Shown here in pieces: positions 49,429 through 58,146 of a stretch of DNA of 64,000 bases. The DNA comes from an uncultured bacterium (lineage in GTDB: Bacteria; Deinococcota; Deinococci; Deinococcales; Trueperaceae). Position numbers and translations under genes: made by a program. Each line of letters begins with the position of its first letter. The stretch's first letter is position 1. The stretch spans positions 22,417 through 86,416 of the forward strand of contig CAYYOK010000003.1 of the NCBI GenBank assembly GCA_964473205.1, written 5' to 3'. The notes under the pieces are model-generated. The model was not told the origin of the DNA, ran no database searches, and was given only the letters and a program-made list of their open reading frames with translations.

Positions 49429-50427
49429 TCACAAATTCGGCACGACCTCTTCTGCGAACCTCCTGATGCCTGCCGGGCTGGCCCTCGTGATGCTGATGGA
49501 GCGCGCCCCGAGATCGACGAAACGCCGCACGTGCTCAATGCACTGCTCGACGGTATCGATGCCGTTACCCATGCCGGCCAGAAGCCGTTCCCGCTCCGGC
49601 TGCGACATCTTGCGCTCGTTGGCAGCCGCCTCCATCCGAGCGCGAACCTCCTCGCGCTCACGTCCCCAGAACATCAGGTTGACGCCAGCCGAGAGCATGA
49701 TCTCGCTGGGATCTCGCCCAATGTCGCGGCAATGCGAAGCGAGCACGTTCTTCTTGTGCTCGAAATAGCTGAACTCATCCATGCCGGCACCGCTTCCGAT
49801 CCCCGGTGCCGCGAAGTTCGCGCCGGTGGCGAACCGCGCTGCAATCCGCAGCGTCCGCTTCTCACCGCCGCCACCGATCCAGATCGGGGGGTGAGGCCGC
49901 TGCGCCGGTTTCGGCGCGCACATCGCTGAGCTCAGCGAGTAGTAGGTGCCCTCGAAGTCGGCCACGTCCTCGAGCCACAGCGCGCGGATGACTTGCAAGG
50001 CCTCTTCCAGCCTATCCATGCGCTCTTTGGTCCCGGCCCAAGGAAGCCCGTACGCCTCGGCCTCCTCCTTCTTCCAACCTGCGCCGATGCCCAACTCGAA
50101 ACGTCCGCCCGAGGCAGCGTCTAGCGTCGCCGCCATCTTGGCCAGCAGAGCGGGTGGACGGTACATGTTGCAGAGGACCGAGTTCTGGAAGCGCACGCGA
50201 GTGGTAACGGCCGCGAGCATCGAGAGCGTGGTCCAGGACTCGTAGAAGATGTTCCCCCGACCACGCATGAGGTGGTCGTCTAGCGACACGAAGTCGTACC
50301 CCAGGTCCTCGCTCAGCAGCGTCGTGCCGCGGATGACCTCGTAGCTGACCTCCTCGTGAACGTTGTAGTCCCAAAGGGGAAGCTGGACGCCGAAGCGAAC
50401 ACCAGCGAATCTAGCAGGCTTTTCCAT
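49429..50427 (-). CDS. LLM-class (luciferase-like) flavin/F420-dependent oxidoreductase, copy 1
   Basis: 332 aa. TIM-barrel LLM pattern (FDFVSLDDHL, RFELGIGAGW, PPIWIGGGGEKRTLRIAARFA). Confidence 0.8.
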   Translation of the reverse strand: MEKPARFAGVRFGVQLPLWDYNVHEEVSYEVIRGTTLLSEDLGYDFVSLDDHLMRGRGNIFYESWTTLSMLAAVTTRVRFQNSVLCNMYRPPALLAKMAATLDAASGGRFELGIGAGWKKEEAEAYGLPWAGTKERMDRLEEALQVIRALWLEDVADFEGTYYSLSSAMCAPKPAQRPHPPIWIGGGGEKRTLRIAARFATGANFAAPGIGSGAGMDEFSYFEHKKNVLASHCRDIGRDPSEIMLSAGVNLMFWGREREEVRARMEAAANERKMSQPERERLLAGMGNGIDTVEQCIEHVRRFVDLGARSISITRASPAGIRRFAEEVVPNL

Positions 50428-50509
50428 CTAGAAGGACCCTTCTCGCTGCGTCTGGATTCGTGGGAACAGCCTTCGTCGCCCTCGGGCAACGCCAAGCTCG
50501 GAAGGCACT

Positions 50510-50525
50510 GTATACAGCCGGATAC
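50510..50525. promoter_or_regulatory. operator-like repeat, site H (LLM-1/SBP-8 operon promoter)
   Basis: GTATAC agcc GGATAC, 83-98 bp upstream of ATG 50427 (minus strand). Confidence 0.5.
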
Positions 50526-50658
50526 GAAACAGTTGGGAGAGTCTAGCAAGGCTTACCTGCGGTGTCAATTTGATGTCGAATGCGGGTTCGCTACGCGCCC
50601 GCGGCCTCGATCGCCTGCCCGCTCGGCCGCCGAAAGCCTCGTGCCGGCCCAACTGGGC

Positions 50659-51006
50659 TCACTTGCGCGCGGCCGTCGCCACGATCTCGATCAGTACTCC
50701 CGGGCCTAGGTCCTTCACACCCATGGTGGAGCGGGCGGGTAGCTCGTCGGGTGCGAAGAAGTCCGTCCAGGCCTTGCTCATCTCATCCTTGTGAGCCATG
50801 TCCGTAAGGTAGACCGCCACCGTGAGAACACGGGACTTGTCGCTGCCGAAGTCGTTCAGCAGTTTGTCGAGCTTCGCCAACACCTGTTCCGTCTGCCCTC
50901 GTACGCCGGCCGTCTTGTCGCCAGGCGTGAGGCCGACGAGGTAGAGGACGCCGTTGAACTCGACCGCCCGGTGCAGGTAGTCGCCTTGTCCATGCCGTCT
51001 GATCAT
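50659..51006 (-). CDS. RidA/YjgF family enamine-imine deaminase
   Basis: 115 aa. GQTEQVLAKLDKLL, VAVYLTDM and PARSTMGV..LPGVLIEIVA follow the RidA pattern. Confidence 0.8.
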   Translation of the reverse strand: MIRRHGQGDYLHRAVEFNGVLYLVGLTPGDKTAGVRGQTEQVLAKLDKLLNDFGSDKSRVLTVAVYLTDMAHKDEMSKAWTDFFAPDELPARSTMGVKDLGPGVLIEIVATAARK

Positions 51007-51030
51007 GAGTTCAGCTCCTTAATGTATTCG

Positions 51031-51046
51031 GTGTACCACCGTATAC
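51031..51046. promoter_or_regulatory. operator-like repeat, site I (RidA promoter)
   Basis: GTGTAC cacc GTATAC, 25-40 bp upstream of ATG 51006 (minus strand). Confidence 0.6.
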
Positions 51047-51148
51047 TAAAACCGAAGGCGGTGTGCGCGAGGCGGGCTCCACGCCAAGAAACGTCCGCTT
51101 CTGCTTGACCCGAGAGCGCCCAAACTGTTAGCCTTGCGAAAGTTTTTA

Positions 51149-51164
51149 GTGTACGACCGTATAC
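51149..51164. promoter_or_regulatory. operator-like repeat, site J (SBP-9 promoter)
   Basis: GTGTAC gacc GTATAC, 39-54 bp upstream of ATG 51203. Confidence 0.6.
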
Positions 51165-51202
51165 GGGCCACTCCGTAGAGCCACGCCTTGAGAGGATGGT
51201 TT

Positions 51203-52774
51203 ATGCGCAGATACCGATGGACCTCTTTTTCCAAGCGGCTGAAGGTGGCGCTGCTAGCGTTCACGGTGCTCGGGAGCTTTGCGTTCCTAAGCCTGGCTAG
51301 CGCCCAAGACGCGAGCAGGGAAGACATCCGAGTTCGCCTGCAGTTCGCCAGGCCGGGTGGCGTTTACGACCCTGCCTACTGGCGTTACACCTCGGATTCG
51401 TTCGTCAACAGGACCGTGTTCAACACCCTGGTGCGCATGGTTCCCGGCACGGGCGGCGGAGAGCTCGCCCCCGACCTGGCCGAGAGCTGGGAGATCTCCG
51501 AGGACGGCACTGTCTACACGTTCCATCTGAGGCGCGGCGTGCAGTTCCACGAGGACTACGGTGAGATGACGGCCGACGACGTCGTGTTCACGTTTCAACG
51601 GCAGCTGAACGATTCTCAGTCGTCATGGTACGCCCTCCTGGCCGGTGTCGAGAGCGTGGTCAGCCTGGACGACTACACCGTTCAGATGACCCTGGCGCAA
51701 CCGCAGCCGTCGTTCCTCAGGAACGTGATCGCCTACCGCCCCGGTTTCGTCGTGTCTCAGGCGGCGGTGGAGGAGCGGGGTGGCGAGTTCCAGATGCGAC
51801 CCATCGGAACCGGCCCGTACTCGTTCGTGGAGCAGAACCAGAACGACGAGGTGGTGCTCGCAGCGCACGACGGCTACTACCTCGGCGCCCCTCCGTTCGC
51901 TTCGCTGACGTTCGTGCACGTAGGCGAAGAGGCCGTCGTTGCCGCCGCCCTCGAAAGCGGAGAGCTGGACGTCGCTTACACGAGAGGCAACCCGGAAGTG
52001 GCTCAGTCGTTGCTGAACCACAGCGTGATACGAGCGGTGACCGTCGTCGAGCACTACAACCTGATGCAGGTCCAGTTCAGCCCGTATTTCGAGCCGGCGG
52101 CGGATGTTCGCGTTCGTCAAGCCCTTGCACATGCGATCGACAAGAACCTGATCACCGCGTTCCTCCCAGGGCTCGATCAGCCTGCCGACGTGATGCGACC
52201 GTCCCAGGTCGCCGGCGGTTCCGACGACGTGACGACGTATCCCTACGATCCGAACCGGGCGCGCGAGCTGCTCGCCGAAGCCGGTTACCCCAACGGCTTC
52301 GCCATGACCCTGATGTTCCAGATGAGAGAGCCGGAGACGACGATAGCGCAGATCCTGGGCGAGTCGTGGAGCGCTATCGGCGTGAACGTGCGTATCGAGG
52401 GCCTCGACGCGACGACCGCCTTCGACAACCGGGAGAGCGGTGATTTCGACGTGACGTTCTCCGCGACCTCGCGGTTCGGTGACCCCGACCTCTTCTTCAC
52501 CGACGTCTTCCACACGGCCTCCACGCCGCCGAACGGTTCGAACTTCTTCCACTATCAAGGCGTGGACGACCTCATCGAAGCCGCGCGGGGTGAGCTGGAC
52601 CCGGAACGCCGCGACCAGCTCTACGTGGAGCTCCAAGAGATACTGATGAACGACCTTCCGATCATCCCGATCCTCTACCGCGCCTACGTCGCAGCCTGGC
52701 GCGATCCCGTGACCGACATGACTCCCGACACGACCCTCGAGTTCTGGGGGGAGTCCATCAAGGGCAACGACTGA
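51203..52774 (+). CDS. ABC transporter substrate-binding protein, family 5 (SBP-9)
   Basis: ATG 51203 lies 6 nt after AGAGGA. Signal ...LSLASAQ, family-5 core. Confidence 0.85.
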   Translation: MRRYRWTSFSKRLKVALLAFTVLGSFAFLSLASAQDASREDIRVRLQFARPGGVYDPAYWRYTSDSFVNRTVFNTLVRMVPGTGGGELAPDLAESWEISEDGTVYTFHLRRGVQFHEDYGEMTADDVVFTFQRQLNDSQSSWYALLAGVESVVSLDDYTVQMTLAQPQPSFLRNVIAYRPGFVVSQAAVEERGGEFQMRPIGTGPYSFVEQNQNDEVVLAAHDGYYLGAPPFASLTFVHVGEEAVVAAALESGELDVAYTRGNPEVAQSLLNHSVIRAVTVVEHYNLMQVQFSPYFEPAADVRVRQALAHAIDKNLITAFLPGLDQPADVMRPSQVAGGSDDVTTYPYDPNRARELLAEAGYPNGFAMTLMFQMREPETTIAQILGESWSAIGVNVRIEGLDATTAFDNRESGDFDVTFSATSRFGDPDLFFTDVFHTASTPPNGSNFFHYQGVDDLIEAARGELDPERRDQLYVELQEILMNDLPIIPILYRAYVAAWRDPVTDMTPDTTLEFWGESIKGND

Positions 52775-52855
52775 GGACCGAGGTCGGGTCGGTGCCGTCT
52801 GGGCGCCGACCCGACCCGTTATCCGCCTTACGACGACGTGATTCTGGAGGACGAC

Positions 52856-53857
52856 TTGCGATTCGGTGTACGACTTCCCCACTCAGGGCCCTTCGCGTCG
52901 AAGCAGGCTATCGACACCATGGCGACGGCGGCGGAGGCCTTGGGCTACGACGCCGTCATGGTTCATGACCACGTGCAATGGGGCGACTTCGACAGGTACC
53001 ACTTCTACGCCGGCTCCGTCGAGGCCGTCGACAGCCTCGAACGCGCTACCGACTTCTACGAAGCGCACTCCGTGCTCGCGTACCTGGCGGCCAAGGTGCC
53101 GCGTGTGAGGCTGATCCCTGCATCGATCGTGCTCGGCTGGCGAGACCCCACCATGGAGGCGCGCCTCGGCTCCACGCTGCACCACCTGTCGGAGGGGCGG
53201 TACGTGCTCTCGGTATGCGCGGGCAACGTCAAGAAGGACTTCGAAGTGTCCGGCATCCCGTGGGATGAGCGCGGCAAACGCACCGAGGAGTCGCTGAAGA
53301 TCCTGAGTCTGTTGCTGAGGAACGAGGGCCCGGTCAGCTTCAAAGGGAAGTTCTGGGACCTATCTGACGTGGAGCTCTATCCGAAGGCGGAGGGCTTGTC
53401 GATCTGGTACGGAGGTCAGAGCGATGCCGCGCTGCGTCGTACCGCGCGCTTCGCGGACGGTTGGCTGGTAGGCGGATCCGCCGACTTCTACCGCGAGAAG
53501 GTGCCTACGATTCATAAGATCGCCCGAGAGAAGTACGGACGTGACCTCGTTCTGGAAGTGGGTTGCCTCTCGCCGACATCGATCGCCAAGACGGACGCGC
53601 AGGCCGAGGGCGTGGCTGAAGCCACCGTACGCAAGCGGCGTGAAGAGGCCGACTGGCTGAAGCGCACCCACAACCCGCGTGACATCGGCGGCGCCAACCT
53701 GGTCGGTTCTCCCGAGACGATCATCGCGAAGGTGCGTGACTTCGCAGCGGCGGGTGTCGACTTCATAGGCATGGGTTTCATAGGACACACGGTCGAGCAG
53801 GTCGTCGACGAGATGACCTTGCTGGCGGAGACGGTGATCCCGGCTATCAACGGGTAA
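52856..53857 (+). CDS. LLM-class flavin/F420-dependent oxidoreductase, copy 2
   Basis: TTG 52856 lies 5 nt after GGAGG and gives the typical MRFGVRLP N-terminus. Also has YDAVMVHDH and a WYGGQSDAALRRTARFADGW segment. Confidence 0.75.
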   Translation: MRFGVRLPHSGPFASKQAIDTMATAAEALGYDAVMVHDHVQWGDFDRYHFYAGSVEAVDSLERATDFYEAHSVLAYLAAKVPRVRLIPASIVLGWRDPTMEARLGSTLHHLSEGRYVLSVCAGNVKKDFEVSGIPWDERGKRTEESLKILSLLLRNEGPVSFKGKFWDLSDVELYPKAEGLSIWYGGQSDAALRRTARFADGWLVGGSADFYREKVPTIHKIAREKYGRDLVLEVGCLSPTSIAKTDAQAEGVAEATVRKRREEADWLKRTHNPRDIGGANLVGSPETIIAKVRDFAAAGVDFIGMGFIGHTVEQVVDEMTLLAETVIPAING

Positions 53858-53896
53858 CCGTCGGGCACCGACACGAACTTGGCAACTGGAGGCAAG

Positions 53897-54946
53897 ATGC
53901 CACTCACACAGGCTGCGTCCGATAGCGCGTCCCAGCTCACCTCGCCGATTCGCGAAGCGATCTCGAAGGTTCCTCGCGTCAGGTTCAATGACCTACCGAC
54001 CCCCGTACAGAGAGCTGACAGGCTGTCGAGCGAGCTGGGCATCGACCTGTGGATCAAGCGCGATGACTTGGCCGAGACCTTCGGCGGCAACAAGAGCCGT
54101 ACCCTCGAGTTCCGCTTGGCGGAAGCCCTTCAGCAGAACCCCGACCCGTTGATCCTGACCGTCGAGGGTCTCTCCAACACAGCCCCCGCTACCGCGAAGA
54201 TATGCAACAAGCTCGGCGTTCCGCTCGTGTTCGTGCTGCGCGACCAACCCGAGACCACCCTTCAGGGCAATCTCTTCTTGAGTCACCTGTTCGGCATCGA
54301 GATCCGCAGGTTCCACGGCGGTGGCCTGGCAGCATCCAACCCCTTCGTGGATGCGATGATCGAGGAGTACAGGGCGCAGGGCCGCAATCCCGTCGTGTTG
54401 AATCGTGTGCCCAGCTTCTTCGGCTACGGACCTACGTTGGCGTACCTGGAAGCGACCCTCGAGATCTACGAGGCCGAGCCGGATCTCCGCCCCGATCACA
54501 TCTACATAACCTCGACCGGCAAGAGCCAGGCCGGTGTCCTCGCGGCCGACAAGATCTTGGGCTACGGCGCGCGGGTGGTAGGTGTCACGCCACACGGCAA
54601 GCCTAACGCCGAGAAGATCGTCGCCTCGGTCGTAGACGCTGGAGAGAGGATCGGTCGCCAGCTCGCCGTCACGGCAGCCGATGTCCATACTGATCAGAGT
54701 CAGTTGGAAGGCGGTTACGGTGTGATGACGAAGGCCGCAGCGGACGCGCTCCGGCTCGTCGCGCGCACGGAGGGGCTCCTGCTCGATCCTGATCGCACGG
54801 CGAAGACGATGGCTTCGCTTCTGGCAGACGTGGAGAACGGCGTCGTGAAGCCTGGCGACACTGTCGCCTTCTTCCACACGGGCGGCGTCGCTTCTCTGTT
54901 CGCGCACGCCGAGGAGCTGCTCGAGCACGTGGGCGCGACTTGGTGA
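53897..54946 (+). CDS. PLP-dependent ACC deaminase / D-cysteine desulfhydrase family enzyme
   Basis: LPTPVQRADRLS..DLWIKRDDL..FGGNKSRTLEF contains the family GGNKxR PLP-lysine motif. ATG lies 4 nt after GGAGG. Confidence 0.8.
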   Translation: MPLTQAASDSASQLTSPIREAISKVPRVRFNDLPTPVQRADRLSSELGIDLWIKRDDLAETFGGNKSRTLEFRLAEALQQNPDPLILTVEGLSNTAPATAKICNKLGVPLVFVLRDQPETTLQGNLFLSHLFGIEIRRFHGGGLAASNPFVDAMIEEYRAQGRNPVVLNRVPSFFGYGPTLAYLEATLEIYEAEPDLRPDHIYITSTGKSQAGVLAADKILGYGARVVGVTPHGKPNAEKIVASVVDAGERIGRQLAVTAADVHTDQSQLEGGYGVMTKAAADALRLVARTEGLLLDPDRTAKTMASLLADVENGVVKPGDTVAFFHTGGVASLFAHAEELLEHVGATW

Positions 54947-55046
54947 CGTCGGTGCAGCGCCTTCGTCTAAGAGCGCGCCAGCGCTCTACCAGAGCAAGTA
55001 CGGAACCGCGACCGTGCCGGATGGGCGCTGACTGAGGAGGCAACGC

Positions 55047-56483
55047 GTGAGGTCGTATGGCTCCACGATCGGGCGAGACGAGATCAAGACAGGCGAGTCG
55101 ACGCCGGTACTGGACAAGTACTCTCTCGAGCCCATAGCTGCTCTTCACGCCGCGGACGAGGCCACGGCCTCCGCCGCGGTGGAGTCGGCTTTGCGGTCTT
55201 TTCAGAACGTGGAGCTCACGCCCTCCGAACGCTACGACGTGCTCCATCGCGCTGGTCGGCTGATCGAGGAGCGCAAGGACGAGCTGGTCGCCATCATGCT
55301 TCAGGAGACCGGCTTCACAGCGGGAGAGTGCGCCTCGGATGTCGACCGGAGCGTGCAGACGCTCCTCATCAGCGCCGAGGAAGCGAAGCGGCTTCAGGGG
55401 GAGCTGATCCCCATGGCCGGTGCCCGCGGGCAAGAGCACCGGGTGGCCTTCACCGTGCGAGAGCCTCTCGGCGTCGTATGCGCTATCACCCCCTTCAACT
55501 CTCCGCTCAACACGGTGGCTCACAAGGTAGCCCCGGCCATCGCGGCAGGCAACACGGTGGTGGTGAAGCCGTCGCAGCTGGCGCCGCTCTCCACCATCAA
55601 GCTCGCAGAGATCCTGTACGACGCCGGCTTGCCGGAAGGTCATGTGAACGTGGTCCAAGGCAGCGGTGAGGGCGTGGGCTCGTACCTGCTCGCGGACCAG
55701 CGGATCGCGTTCTACGCGTTCACCGGAAGCACTCAGGTCGGCTCGCTGATCAGCCAAGGAGCGGGTCTGCGGCGCACGCAGTTGGAGCTCGGCTCGATCG
55801 CCGCGACCGTCGTGATGGCAGATGCTTCGGTCGACGATGCCGTGCGCAAGGTCGTCGCGGCTGCCTTTCGCAAGGCCGGGCAGGTATGCACGTCCGTTCA
55901 GAGGCTCTACGTCCAGAGCGGTGTCTTCGATGAGGTCTCCCAGATGGTGGCCGAGGCTGCCGCGAGCTTGAGAGTGGGAGACCCTCGAGATCCCGCGACC
56001 CAGATGGGGCCGATGATCAGCGAACGGGAAGCGCAGCGAGTGGAGGCATGGGTTCAGAAGGCCGTCGACGGGGGCGCGACGCTGCACACGGAGCTGAAGC
56101 GCAGGCGGTCGCTGATGTGGCCGGCCGTGCTGAGCGATGTCGGCCCCGACATGGCGGTTCACTGCCGAGAGATCTTCGGACCGGTCGTGGTCTTGTACCG
56201 GTTCGATTCGTTGGACGAGGCGATCGACGGCGTGAACGACTCCGAGTACGGCCTGTCCGCCGGTATCTTCACCAGCGATATCGACTCGGCCTTCAGGGCC
56301 GCACGCCGGATCAAGACGGGCGTGGTCCAGATAAACGAGAGCTCGAGCAGCAGGGTGGATCTAATGCCGTTCGGAGGCACGAAGGCCAGCGGGCTTGGCA
56401 AGGAAGGCCCCCGGTACGCGATGCGAGAGATGAGCGAGGAGCGTCTGATAGTCCTCAATCTTCGGTCTGGAGAGTCTGGGTGA
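55047..56483 (+). CDS. NAD(P)-dependent aldehyde dehydrogenase (ALDH-2)
   Basis: 478 aa. GTG after GAGGAGG. Motifs LELGSIA, GQVCTSVQR and EIFGPV. Confidence 0.9.
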   Translation: MRSYGSTIGRDEIKTGESTPVLDKYSLEPIAALHAADEATASAAVESALRSFQNVELTPSERYDVLHRAGRLIEERKDELVAIMLQETGFTAGECASDVDRSVQTLLISAEEAKRLQGELIPMAGARGQEHRVAFTVREPLGVVCAITPFNSPLNTVAHKVAPAIAAGNTVVVKPSQLAPLSTIKLAEILYDAGLPEGHVNVVQGSGEGVGSYLLADQRIAFYAFTGSTQVGSLISQGAGLRRTQLELGSIAATVVMADASVDDAVRKVVAAAFRKAGQVCTSVQRLYVQSGVFDEVSQMVAEAAASLRVGDPRDPATQMGPMISEREAQRVEAWVQKAVDGGATLHTELKRRRSLMWPAVLSDVGPDMAVHCREIFGPVVVLYRFDSLDEAIDGVNDSEYGLSAGIFTSDIDSAFRAARRIKTGVVQINESSSSRVDLMPFGGTKASGLGKEGPRYAMREMSEERLIVLNLRSGESG

Positions 56484-56494
56484 AGGGTGCATTG

Positions 56495-57988
56495 ATGAGC
56501 CAATCTGCGTGGGACGTGGTGGTCGTAGGAGGTGGGAACGCCGCGCTGTGCGCCGCTCTTTCGGCACGAGAACATGGGTCAGAGCGAGTCCTGGTCCTAG
56601 AGCGTGCGCCCGAGAAGGAGCGTGGAGGCAACAGCCGGTTCACGGCTGGCGCCGTCAGGTTCGCGTTCGATGGGGTCGACCAGATCAGGAAGCTGGTGCC
56701 GGACCTGTCCACCGAGGAGCTGGAAGGTTACGACTTCGGCAGCTACGGCGAGGACCAGTTCTTCGAGGACATGCTGCGCGTCACGCACTACAGGACCGAT
56801 CCGGACCTGGCTAACAAGCTCGTCTCGCAGAGCTACGACGTGATGTGTTGGCTGAAGTCGCACGGCGTGCGGTTCATGCCCAACGGCAGGCAGGCCTTCA
56901 AGGTGGACGGCGTGATGCGCTTCTGGGGAGGCATCGTTCTCGACACGTCGGGCGGCGGGCCGGGCCTCGTGCAATCGCTTTACGACGCGGCGAGGAGCGC
57001 AGGCATCGAGGTGCGGTACGGCGCCAGAGCCCTCGACCTGTTGCGGGAAGGACCGCGAGTAACCGGTGTCCGCGTTCGGAGCGGAGGCGAGGATTCGGAT
57101 GTGACGGCCAAGGCGGTCGTGCTGGCTTCGGGCGGATTCCAGGCCAACAGCGAGATGCGGACACGCTACATGGGCCCGGGCTGGGATCTGGTCAAGGTTC
57201 GCGGTACTCGGTTCAACACCGGCGACGGTGTGCGCATGGCGCTCGCCGCCGACGCGATGCCCTGGGGCGAGTGGTCGGGCGGACACGCCGTCTTCTGGGA
57301 TCAGAACGCCCCCGCGTTCGGCGATCTGGCGGTCGGCGACGGCTTCTCGAAGCTCAGCTATCCTCTGGGGATCCTCGTCAACGTGGCGGGCAAGCGTTTC
57401 GTGGACGAGGGCGCCGATTTCCGCAACTACACCTACGCGAAGTACGGCAGGGAAGTGCTCAAGCAACCGGGAGCTACGGCCTGGCAGGTCTTCGACTCCA
57501 AGGTAGAGAGCCTGCTCAGGGACGAGTACCGGATCAGGCAGGCGACACGAGTCAAGGCCGACACCCTCGAGGAGCTCGCGAACAAGATGGAAGGCGTCGA
57601 GCGCAAGGAGTTCCTCAGGACGGTGGACGAGTACAACCGAGCGGTCCAGGTCGACGTGCCGTTCGACCCGACCGTGAAGGACGGTCGCGGCACGGAGGGT
57701 ATCTACCCGCCCAAGTCCAACTGGGCCAACACCCTCGACGCGCCGCCTTACGAGGCTTTCGCCATCACCTGCGGGATCACGTTCACTTTCGGCGGGCTTC
57801 GCATCACCGCCGACGAGGCTCGCGTGCTCGATATCGAGGAGCGGCCGATCGAGCACCTGTTCGCGGCGGGTGAGCTCGTCGGCGGGCTCTTCTACAACAA
57901 CTACCCGGGCGGCACGGGGTTGACCGCGGGAGCGGTGTTCGGGCGTATCGCCGGCCGCTCAGCGAGCGAGGCGGCGAAGCGCAGCTGA
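56495..57988 (+). CDS. FAD-dependent dehydrogenase, tricarballylate dehydrogenase (TcuA)-like
   Basis: Start at MSQSAWDVVVVGGGNAALCAALSAREHG...ERGGNSRFTAG, which is TcuA-like. The upstream 149 codons of the track ORF overlap ALDH-2 and are discarded. Confidence 0.75.
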   Translation: MSQSAWDVVVVGGGNAALCAALSAREHGSERVLVLERAPEKERGGNSRFTAGAVRFAFDGVDQIRKLVPDLSTEELEGYDFGSYGEDQFFEDMLRVTHYRTDPDLANKLVSQSYDVMCWLKSHGVRFMPNGRQAFKVDGVMRFWGGIVLDTSGGGPGLVQSLYDAARSAGIEVRYGARALDLLREGPRVTGVRVRSGGEDSDVTAKAVVLASGGFQANSEMRTRYMGPGWDLVKVRGTRFNTGDGVRMALAADAMPWGEWSGGHAVFWDQNAPAFGDLAVGDGFSKLSYPLGILVNVAGKRFVDEGADFRNYTYAKYGREVLKQPGATAWQVFDSKVESLLRDEYRIRQATRVKADTLEELANKMEGVERKEFLRTVDEYNRAVQVDVPFDPTVKDGRGTEGIYPPKSNWANTLDAPPYEAFAITCGITFTFGGLRITADEARVLDIEERPIEHLFAAGELVGGLFYNNYPGGTGLTAGAVFGRIAGRSASEAAKRS

Positions 57989-58146
57989 GGCGCAGCGACC
58001 GTTCCACAGCGGCGGCTTGCGGCATGAGAGGAGGCGTAGCGGCCGCCAGGGAGGGGCGACCCCGCCACGCGATGCACACCGACGACCGTTGGTCGACCAC
58101 GACCACCGAGAAGCGATCCTAGTCACACCGAACTGGAGCGACTCAT

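Noticed and set aside
51623-52882. Long antisense or off-frame ORFs (for example 51623..52882, 54669..56162, 56597..57856, 40058..41152, 41673..42665, 10182..11276, 15065..16087, 8480..9469, 196..1041, 16119..16937)
   Set aside because: Each lies opposite to or overlaps a gene with clear family motifs. Their translations are dominated by R/G/A/P/D/E with no recognisable domains. This is expected from stop-codon depletion in high-G+C DNA.
56048-56494. 149-codon N-terminal extension of the TcuA-like ORF
   Set aside because: It overlaps the 3' end of ALDH-2 in another frame and has Arg/Gly-rich composition. The FAD dinucleotide-binding motif starts right after ATG 56495.
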